Shown here piece by piece: positions 16,943-24,000 of a stretch of DNA of 24,000 nucleotides (the first letter of the stretch is position 1; every line of letters begins with the position of its first letter). The stretch spans positions 93,751 to 117,750 of the forward strand of contig CBDDAF010000002.1 in NCBI GenBank assembly GCA_965224815.1, read 5' to 3'. Origin of the DNA: Gammaproteobacteria bacterium (lineage in GTDB: Bacteria > Pseudomonadota > Gammaproteobacteria > DSM-19610). The position numbers and the translations under genes were made by a program. The notes beneath the pieces are model-generated. The model did no database searches. It was not told the DNA's origin and saw only the letters and a list, made by a program, of their open reading frames with translations.

Positions 16943-19738
16943 TTGTCAAAGAAGGCTCTAAACGTACAAGACGTTAGCAGATGCAAGGGAATACAGGGAA
17001 ACACATCCAAATCAGAAATTAAATGCGTGTGCTTAAACGCTAGGAGCATAATAAATAAGAAAACCGAACTAAACATTATGGTAGATGATATAAAACCTCA
17101 TATTATAGGTATAACTGAATCATGGGCAAACAATGACATAACAAATGCTGAATTGGGACTGGAAGGTTATGTAATGTTTAGGAAAGACAGAATAGGAAGA
17201 AGGGGAGGAGGAGTATTACTATACATCAAGGACACTATACCAGCATATGAAGTACAGTTACAAGAGGAAGCAGATTGTAATGAGGCCATATGGTGCAACT
17301 TAGTTACAGGACATACAGCAGTTATCATTGGAGTAGTATGTCGTTGTCCCAACATAACCAAACAGAACAACAACAAAATTCACAATGCTATAAATGAAGT
17401 GAGTAAAGGCGACTGTATTATAATGGGGGATTTTAACCATGGGAATATTAAATGGGATACATTACAGAGCACAGGGGTAGAAGACAGCACGTTTCTGTGC
17501 CTGGTACAGGACAATTTCCTAACTCAACATGTATTCGAACCAACCAGAGCAGCGAGAGTATTAGATATAGTGCTGTCCTCACAGAAAGAATTTGTCGACA
17601 ACGTTGAAATACAAGAACCATTGGGTAGCAGCGATCATAACCAACTGCATTTTAACATCAACATAAAATCAGACAAAACAAAAGTTAAACAATGTAGGAG
17701 GGATTTTAGGAAAGGTAACTATAGGGAAATTAGGAAAAATTTAGCACATATCGACTGGGGTGAGAAAATGAAAAACAAGACGGCAACAGAATGTTGGGAC
17801 ATTTTAAGAGGGGAGCTAGATACAGCTATTGATAGTTATGTTCCCATGAAAAAGCAAGGGAAACGCTCTAAGAAGAAACATCTGTCAAAAGAGGCTTTCA
17901 GAAAGATGCGATATAAACAAAATATGTGGCGGGTTTATAAACATACGGGAAAGGATAAAGATTATGAAGTTTACAAAGAAGCACTAAACGGTGCTACAAA
18001 CGAAGTTAGAAAGGCTAAGCGAAATTTTGAGCACAAATTAGCACAAAATATAAAATCAGACAGTAAGAGTTTCTACGCGTATGTAAGAAGTAAACAGAAT
18101 GTTCGAGATAAGGTTGGACCGCTGGAGGACAATGCTGGAAATATAATAACAGAGGGATGTTTAATGGCCGAGGAATTAAATGTGCACTTCAGTTCAGTGT
18201 TCACGAGGGAAGATACTAGTTCGTTACCTGTACCAGAAACAAATGTCAATGGATCAGAGGAGGAAAAGTTGGGGCAGTTAGTTGTAACCCCAGAAGTAGT
18301 AGCTAGCAAAATGAACAATATGAAAGAGAACAAGTCACCAGGAGTAGATGGTTTATCACCTAAAATACTGAAGGAAACTGTAGAACAAATTAGTAAGCCA
18401 CTTGCGCACGTGTTTAACATGTCACTGCAGGAGGGAATTGTACCCGTAGAATGGAAAGAAGCAAACATTATTCCTTTATTCAAAAAAGGTTCAAGAAACA
18501 AGTATGTAAACTATAGGCCAGTGAGTTTAACATCTGTAATTTGTAAATTACTAGAAACAATTATTAGGGATCATATGATGGACTTCCTCGTTAAACATAA
18601 ATTAATAAACACTTCTCAGCATGGGTTCCTAAAAGCAAGATCATGCCTAACAAATTTGTTATGTTTTTTGGAAGAAATAACTAAATGGGTGGATGATGGG
18701 TCACCGGTAGATGTTATCTATTTGGATTTCCAGAAAGCATTTGATAAAGTTCCACATCAAAGACTAATACTCAAGCTAAAATCACATGGTATGGGAAACA
18801 GTATAATCAATTGGATAGAGCAATGGCTAACTGACAGGAGACAAAGGGTAGTTGTTGACGGAGAGGTTTCTAGTTGGAAATCAGTCTTGAGTGGGGTGCC
18901 ACAAGGATCAGTACTAGGGCCTATTTTATTTCTGGTTTACATCAACGATTTAGAGGAAGGGGTAACAGGCAACATATTGAAATTTGCAGGTGACACTAAA
19001 TTATTTACAAAAACCAAGGAAATTGGAGACAAACAAAATTTACAAGATGACATTGATAAATTAGTCAAGTGGTCTGAAAAATGGCAGATGTTATTCAATT
19101 TTGGGAAATGCAAATGTCTACACATAGGACCGGGAAATACAAGCATGAACTATGAAATGGGAGGGACTATTTTAAGTACAACCGTGAAAAAAAAAGACTT
19201 AGGAGTAACAATGAATGCGAACATGAAAGTCTCAGAACAATGCAGAATTGCAGCGTCTAAGGCTAACCAGGTTCTTGGAATGATTCGCAGAAATATAACA
19301 TATAAAGACAAAAGTTTGATTGTACCTCTGTATAAAGCAATAGTTAGACCTCACTTAGAATATTGTATACAGGCATGGAGTCCATATCTAAGGAAAGACA
19401 TAGATATGCTTGAAAAAATACAGAGGAGAACAACTAAACTCATTCCAGGACTGAGAGATCTTAGATATGAAGAACGATTAAAGGAATGTGGACTGACAAC
19501 ACTAGAAACGCGAAGATTAGGGGGTGACCAAATCGAAGTGTTTAAAATATTGAATGGTTATGAAAATATTGATTCTAATATTTTTTTTGAAATTAAGGAA
19601 AGTAAAATAACTAGAGGACATAACTACACGCTGGTGAAGAAACAAAGTAGATTGGATGTTAGAAAATACTCATTTTCCCAGCGGACCATCAATGTATGGA
19701 ATAAATTATCAACTGATTGTGTAGACTCTACATGCTAG
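16943..19738 (+). CDS. LINE ORF2 protein: apurinic/apyrimidinic-type endonuclease + reverse transcriptase
   Basis: 931 aa. EN motifs are CLNARSI, GITESW, GDFNH and SDHNQL. RT motifs are NKSPGVDG, NYRPVSLTS, YLDFQKAFDKVPH, GVPQGSVLGPILFLVYIND and KFAGDTKLF (variant of FADD). The frame is open from 16925. The track start is TTG, and the first ATG in frame is at 17078, already inside the EN domain. Confidence 0.9.
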   Translation: MSKKALNVQDVSRCKGIQGNTSKSEIKCVCLNARSIINKKTELNIMVDDIKPHIIGITESWANNDITNAELGLEGYVMFRKDRIGRRGGGVLLYIKDTIPAYEVQLQEEADCNEAIWCNLVTGHTAVIIGVVCRCPNITKQNNNKIHNAINEVSKGDCIIMGDFNHGNIKWDTLQSTGVEDSTFLCLVQDNFLTQHVFEPTRAARVLDIVLSSQKEFVDNVEIQEPLGSSDHNQLHFNINIKSDKTKVKQCRRDFRKGNYREIRKNLAHIDWGEKMKNKTATECWDILRGELDTAIDSYVPMKKQGKRSKKKHLSKEAFRKMRYKQNMWRVYKHTGKDKDYEVYKEALNGATNEVRKAKRNFEHKLAQNIKSDSKSFYAYVRSKQNVRDKVGPLEDNAGNIITEGCLMAEELNVHFSSVFTREDTSSLPVPETNVNGSEEEKLGQLVVTPEVVASKMNNMKENKSPGVDGLSPKILKETVEQISKPLAHVFNMSLQEGIVPVEWKEANIIPLFKKGSRNKYVNYRPVSLTSVICKLLETIIRDHMMDFLVKHKLINTSQHGFLKARSCLTNLLCFLEEITKWVDDGSPVDVIYLDFQKAFDKVPHQRLILKLKSHGMGNSIINWIEQWLTDRRQRVVVDGEVSSWKSVLSGVPQGSVLGPILFLVYINDLEEGVTGNILKFAGDTKLFTKTKEIGDKQNLQDDIDKLVKWSEKWQMLFNFGKCKCLHIGPGNTSMNYEMGGTILSTTVKKKDLGVTMNANMKVSEQCRIAASKANQVLGMIRRNITYKDKSLIVPLYKAIVRPHLEYCIQAWSPYLRKDIDMLEKIQRRTTKLIPGLRDLRYEERLKECGLTTLETRRLGGDQIEVFKILNGYENIDSNIFFEIKESKITRGHNYTLVKKQSRLDVRKYSFSQRTINVWNKLSTDCVDSTC

Positions 19739-19929
19739 TAGTGTTAATATGTTCAAGAACAAAATTGATAAGTATCTAGCTAAGGCGGGCTATACATAGA
19801 ATAAGCGCAGGTTAAACTTAGAATAGTAAGAGTGGACTCTCGATAAGCTGTTAGCTTCCTTGTCTACTGCTATCTGAGGTGCTCCTTGGGTGGCAATCTT
19901 GTTAAATCTTGTTAAAAGAAACATCGCGC

Positions 19930-20420
19930 ACACGATAGTTTTGAGCTTCACACGAAATCCGCCAGGTCGTAACGATCGTTTTCTGTTGTGCATTTCGCAC
20001 CAAATTAATACCAAACTGATACTTGATACAATAGCTACCTATTCATCTAGTCATACAACATCAGTTCATAAAAGTTAAAGTATATTAAATACGACAATAT
20101 CCCACGGAACGCCGTGGAATAAGGGGAAATCCATGTTTCCATCAAATAAACGGTAGCGTCACCTAACGGCAATAACTGCGATTTTTTGCGTTTGTTCCGC
20201 GGTGTTCCGTGCCATCCGTGGTATAATTATCTAATTTTTAAGAATTAATATTTAATTTGTAGTGCAGGTTAAATTAGATAATCAATGAACTATTTGCTAA
20301 GTATCATACGTATCAGTTTGGCGGGTGCAAAACACACAGCGAGCGAATGTTCCGTCAACTCAATTTCAAACCTTCATCTCCTAAACAACTTACGAATCGA
20401 ACAAATTATTTCGATTGCGA
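19930..20420. mobile_element. Foldback / MITE-like element, copy 2 (diverged)
   Basis: 20096-20321 aligns with 10869-11090 of copy 1, through aatatcccacggaacgcc, gttccgcggtgtt and ...aatgaactatttgctaagtatca..tatcagtttgg. The flanks tgtgcatttcgcacc (19,9xx) and gaatcgaacaa (20,39x) resemble the arm sequences. Boundaries are approximate. Confidence 0.5.
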
Positions 20421-20640
20421 CAGCCTGAAGAAAAAAAATTCGTATAATTTAATGCTCTTCGAATATTTAAACAAGGCGTTTGGTAACATGTCAGAAACGT
20501 ATGCCTACCTTTCTGAAGAAGTCGGCGATCGAGACGTCACTACAGCTTGCTTTGCGTTTCGGCATCGTATACGTAACTCTGTTATGGCTTTCGAAAAACT
20601 GCATGGAATGAATGCTCTCTGATAGGAATCAAGATGTTAT

Positions 20641-21120
20641 ATGAATGAATAATGTTTATTTCAGACACCTAAAATAGGTACAATCCACCTATATCGGTCC
20701 ATATCTAAACTAAAGATGTACCGCTCATTTCATGATCGAAAGTTTGGCATTATAGTTACACCAGGTCATGGTGTACATACAAAGTCTTTACCCAATAATG
20801 CCTTATACGGGAAGTCCATCTGATATCAGATGACAGTATTGCTAATATCACATCATTAGTAGACTCATTTAATCGAGTAATGAATTTGTAAATCAAATTT
20901 CGTATAACGGCTTTACCGTTAGGTATAGGGCCTACCACACTCAGCAAACAATCCAGAAGCACTACAATAGCGTGGTCGTCTGAGCAGTCGTCGTAGAATA
21001 TTATTATAACAAACATTTAGTCGTTGAAAGCTGTATGCAGTGTGGTTCCACCAAAGTTGCGCAGTGTACATAGGTGAACAATACGTATTAAACAATTTCA
21101 CTTTCACATCCATCTAACTC
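20641..21120 (-). pseudogene. 3-prime fragment of a family-A LINE with a frameshift
   Basis: Two overlapping minus-strand ORFs read DVKVKLFNTYCSPMYTAQLWW...YNNILRRLLRRPRYCSASGLFAE and ...IRNLIYKFITRLNESTNDVI. These parallel ADVKNKLFSTFF...YNNCYRILHRLPMRCSASGMFAA...CIYSLMTRINRSSNDII of the 13.5-15.4 kb copy. The 3-prime UTR shares ATATGGACC ... AATAAA with that copy. Confidence 0.75.
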
Positions 21121-21817
21121 TGTGTTTGTTTATTAAAGGGGCGTTAAACCCTTAATATAGCGATTTACTACTGCTTTCTATCACTATAAGGCTTCATTTG
21201 ACACGGCGAGTGATTAAATTAGGGCAGCGGTTTGCCAGAAAACGATTTTTGATGATTACAATTTACCATATCGATGTAAGCAGACATCTCCGTCCATGTG
21301 TCGCGTAAATTTGACGTCATGAAGTCAAGACGAAGTTTTGCGTTCCCAGACGCTACAAATGGTTACTATTTCGAATGCGTTGTTTACGACGACAAATCGA
21401 AGTTTATGTTTTTTTATTTGATTTACTTCACAGTACGATGCACATACACAATGATTGATTCAGAAATAAAATAAATTGTACGGAAAACACAGACCGAGAA
21501 TAGTTCCCGACGAGATTACACTTCACGCATGCGTGGAATGCAGATGCCGTAGTGTGCGCACGCGCAAAACGTAGTCAACAATGGCGTCTGATGCAGAAGC
21601 CATCGTTCTCTTCAGAATCGATGCGCAGCGACCGATAAAGTCGGAAATACAAAGTGTGTTGTGTTGTGGTGGAGGCGCAACGAACGAAGCTGAATACTTT
21701 ATTATATATAGCAAAACACATCATAGTATGAGACGGCGTGGTGGTACCACAGCCGGGCTATTCTAACTGCGAGTGTAAAATAGTAATCGGGCCCGAGGCA
21801 AACGGAAACACATAACA
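21121..21817 (-). repeat. Candidate 3-prime LTR of the Ty3/Gypsy element (tentative)
   Basis: On the minus strand a purine tract GAAAGGGAAGGA (plus 21818-21829) is immediately followed by TGTTATGTG. The block ends ...AACAAACACA at 21121 (TG...CA termini), exactly where the LINE-A fragment starts. It contains TATATATAATAAAG internally. There is no second LTR in the window to compare with. Confidence 0.3.
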
Positions 21818-21982
21818 TCCTTCCCTTTCAATGAGTTACTGTTAATTACCGATCACTTCAATTATCTGAACAAAAAAATGGACTGCCGGCAATAAGTCAT
21901 TCGACTGAAAGTAAATAGTAGCATCCTCAATATGCATGAACTAACATTTAACTATTATGGCTCAAATTAAAAAGTCAGGCCA

Positions 21983-22198
21983 CACAACTGGATAGTCGGG
22001 GATTATTATGCCCTCTCGACTAATCGCGATATCTGGTAGGCATTTCGAATGCCGCACAACTGGATAGTCAGGGATTATTATGCCCTCTCGACTAATCGCG
22101 ATATCTGGTAGGCAGTTCGAATGCCGCACAACTGGATAGTCAGGGATTATTATGCCCTCTCGACTAATCGCGATATCTAGTAGGCAGCTTGATTGCTC
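21983..22198. repeat. 72-bp tandem repeat, 3 copies
   Basis: cacaactggatagtc(g/a)gggattattatgccctctcgactaatcgcgatatct(g/a)gtaggca(t/g)ttcgaatgccg starts at 21983, 22055 and 22127. The copies are near-identical. The third copy contains the integrase stop codon. Confidence 0.92.
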
Positions 22199-23717
22199 GA
22201 CCTGATCTGGTAACAACATCTCTCTGTTCAGATGAGTGCGCCCTTTCGAGTGGTTGCGCTGCGGTGCTCACTGGAATGTCAGTGTCAGGTGTTTCTCGCT
22301 CGGGAGGTAGGTCAATCTCCGGAATGGATCGCATTGGTGTCATGCTGTCGGTTCTCCGAAAGTCGACAGCGCCGTCTGTTGGTTGATGTACGTAATTCTC
22401 AGTCGTCTTTTTCAGGTGCTGCCGGTTACGTCTCACGACACCTTTGGGCGTGTCTATGACATACGAGCGTTCGTCGAGTCGTTTGATGACGGTACCTTTC
22501 GACCAGTCCTTGCGGCCCAATTTGAATGGCTGTAGTCGGACCGTATCACCTTCTTCCAGGGCCTGTTTGTCGGATGCGCCTCGGTTGTAGTACACAGCCT
22601 GTCTGTTTTGTCCACGTTTGATGTCACGGCTCGTGTGTTGCGCATCGACAACCTGTGGTCGGAGTAGAGCTGTCACGGTCGGTAGCAATGTCTTGGTCCT
22701 CCGGCTCATCAGGCGCTGTGCCGGGCTGGACAGGAGTCCTAGTGACGGAGTGTTACGGTGATCGAGGATGGCTAGGAATGGATCACTGCCAGAGTCAATA
22801 CACTTTCTCATGATTTGTTTGCAGGTCTTCACTGCGGACTCCGCTTTCCCGTTGGCTTTGCTGTTGTACGGGCTGCTTGTCACGTGTGTGATGTCCCATG
22901 ATTCACAGAATCTGGCGAAAGCATGGCAAGAGTACTGCGGGCCATTATCAGAAACGATGGTATCCGGGATACCATGTCGTGCACAGTGGGCTTTAAGTTT
23001 GCCGATGATCGTTTGGGCTCCCGTGTCTGCAAGGTAATCGACTTCCCAAAAGTTACTGTAGTAGTCGACAGTCACGAGATAGTCCTTGCCGTTGTTGGAG
23101 AATAGATCTGTGCCAATCTTTGCCCAGGGGCGATCGGGAATGTCGTGGCTCATCATAGTTTCCTGTTGGTTCGCTGTCTCGTACGTTCGGCATACATCGC
23201 AGGCTGATATGTAGTCTCTGATGTCTCCGGTCATGTTCGGCCAGAATAGGCATTCTTTTGCTCTGCGTAGGCATCCATCGATTCCGAGGTGTGACGAATG
23301 GATTCGCTCTTTTAGGATGCTCCTCTGGCTGGCTGGTACTACAACGCGTTCGCCCCGGAAAACGATTCCATCGTATACTGCGAGTTCGTCTCTCATTGCG
23401 AAGTAGGGATGCACTAGTGGGGGTAGGTGGGACCTCTCTTCTGGCCAGCCCTGTAGGATAGTCTGTTTCAGAGCTGTCATGACCTGATCTGCTTCAGTCG
23501 CGGTGCGTATCGCCTCAAGTCGGGACTCAGATATGGGGACGTGTCCTACGACATGCACATGTTCGAAGTCCTTGTGCAGCCCTTCAGTGGTCGGCCGATA
23601 TGCTCGCGAAAGTGTGTCTGCCAGGTGGAGATTCTTTCCTGGCACGTACATCAAGTCGACATCGTATTTCTGTAGTCGCATCATCATGCCTTGCAGACGC
23701 TTTGGTGCATTGGCCAA
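22164..23717 (-). CDS. Pol C-terminal region: integrase (HHCC zinc finger, DDE core, GPY/F-type C-terminal module)
   Basis: HSSHLG...CDVC is the HHCC finger. WAKIGTDLF...DYLVTVDYYSNFWEV and VSDNGPQY...SSPYNSKANGKAESAVKT give the D,D,E core. The upstream LQKYDVDLMYVPGKNLHLADTLSRA linker is typical of Gypsy pol. The track start is TTG; in reality this is a continuation of pol. Confidence 0.9.
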   Translation of the reverse strand: MANAPKRLQGMMMRLQKYDVDLMYVPGKNLHLADTLSRAYRPTTEGLHKDFEHVHVVGHVPISESRLEAIRTATEADQVMTALKQTILQGWPEERSHLPPLVHPYFAMRDELAVYDGIVFRGERVVVPASQRSILKERIHSSHLGIDGCLRRAKECLFWPNMTGDIRDYISACDVCRTYETANQQETMMSHDIPDRPWAKIGTDLFSNNGKDYLVTVDYYSNFWEVDYLADTGAQTIIGKLKAHCARHGIPDTIVSDNGPQYSCHAFARFCESWDITHVTSSPYNSKANGKAESAVKTCKQIMRKCIDSGSDPFLAILDHRNTPSLGLLSSPAQRLMSRRTKTLLPTVTALLRPQVVDAQHTSRDIKRGQNRQAVYYNRGASDKQALEEGDTVRLQPFKLGRKDWSKGTVIKRLDERSYVIDTPKGVVRRNRQHLKKTTENYVHQPTDGAVDFRRTDSMTPMRSIPEIDLPPERETPDTDIPVSTAAQPLERAHSSEQRDVVTRSGRAIKLPTRYRD

Positions 23718-24000
23718 GGCTTTCTTGAGGAGGTTTATGGTCGGAAACGACGTTCACCTTCCGGCCGTAGGTATATTGGTTGAATTTCTCTAAACTCCAC
23801 ACGACCGCCAGCATCTATTTTTCAATCTGGGCGTATCGTGTTTCAGTGTCCGTTAGTGCTCTACTGGCAAATGCTAGTGGCTGGCCCTCTTGTAGTAGGG
23901 CTGCGCCTAGGCCTGTCTGGCTGGCGTCGCATTGAACTGTAATCTCCTTTGCGTGGTCGTAGAAGCACAGGACAGGAGCTTCACTCACCAGGATCTTCAT
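23584..24000 (-). pseudogene. Pol RNase H domain, interrupted by an in-frame TAG and a frameshift
   Basis: VQCDASQTGLGAALLQEGQPLAFASRALTDTETRYAQIEK-TAG-MLAVVWSLEKFNQYTYGRKVNVVSDHKP has the stop at 23815-23817, where Gypsy RNase H normally has Glu (IEKE). The frame then has to shift near 23,725-23,735 to reach LLKKALANAPKRLQ. Confidence 0.8.

Larger units (their letters stand above)
15604..19917 (+). mobile_element. Full-length CR1-like LINE (family B) with ORF1 + ORF2
   Basis: An esterase-containing ORF1 followed by an APE-RT ORF2 is the architecture described for CR1-like elements. The 3-prime UTR ends in a 10-bp tandem duplication, AATCTTGTTA x2, at 19895-19914. The 5-prime limit is taken as the point where the opposing LINE frame ends. 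Both boundaries are approximate. Confidence 0.8.
21121..24000 (-). mobile_element. Ty3/Gypsy LTR retrotransposon, 3-prime half (RNase H - integrase - tandem repeats - putative LTR); continues beyond the window
   Basis: This is the RNase H-then-integrase domain order of Ty3/Gypsy pol on the minus strand. The lower boundary depends on the tentative LTR call. Confidence 0.8.

Noticed and set aside
14859-19146. Antisense ORFs inside the two LINEs (14859-15428, 15583-15951, 15675-15908, 16413-16667, 17167-17376, 18073-18501, 18937-19146)
   Set aside because: They are fully nested opposite to strongly supported RT, EN and ORF1 reading frames, and they have no recognisable motifs.
20347-20622. 91-aa ORF in unique sequence after the second foldback copy; also ORFs 9392-9583, 9619-9825, 13178-13360, 21523-21766
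   Set aside because: They have no family resemblance that I can recognise, they are short, and they sit in AT-rich non-coding-looking context. They overlap repeat or putative LTR sequence in part.
21962-22219. 85-aa ORF with an internal 24-aa triplication
   Set aside because: It is the 72-bp tandem repeat read in an alternative frame downstream of the integrase stop.

Overview
This window joins two very different kinds of DNA. Positions 1 to about 3,745 are compact, intron-less gammaproteobacterial housekeeping DNA. A minus-strand operon carries an OsmC/YhfA-family gene, a VOC/glyoxalase-family gene and speD. crp (cAMP receptor protein, Vfr-like) is divergent from it and trpC is convergent with crp. 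Only the last ~95 codons of trpD are present, and the gene is cut off mid-codon-run at about 3,741-3,752. I recall the gene order trpD-trpC / crp / OsmC-like ... speD from the Pseudomonas vfr locus. From the cut to 24,000 the sequence looks like metazoan (invertebrate-type), AT-rich, repeat-dense DNA with no convincing host exon. It contains: a ~540-bp long inverted repeat pair around a decayed RTE-like LINE relic; a ~360-bp-period GT/GC-rich satellite with a 56-bp perfectly alternating purine-pyrimidine tract; a tRNA-related SINE-like unit; a foldback repeat family present twice; an (AT)42 microsatellite; two AT-rich tandem arrays; a 5-prime-truncated non-LTR retrotransposon (minus strand); a full-length CR1-like LINE head-to-head with it; a second 3-prime fragment of the first LINE family; and the 3-prime half of a Ty3/Gypsy element running off the window. 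I see no CRISPR array, rRNA, bona fide tRNA, or any recognisable prokaryotic defence, secretion or biosynthetic system. The bacterial genes are ordinary core genes. Three things deserve a second look. First, the bacterial/animal junction, which is either an assembly chimera or a very recent symbiont-to-host transfer. Second, the LINE ORF1, which carries a textbook SH3 domain between a Cys-rich N-terminus and an SGNH esterase domain. Third, the otherwise intact LINE ORF2, whose RT catalytic box reads FAGD instead of FADD. All homology statements rest on my recall of protein families and motifs, not on database searches.
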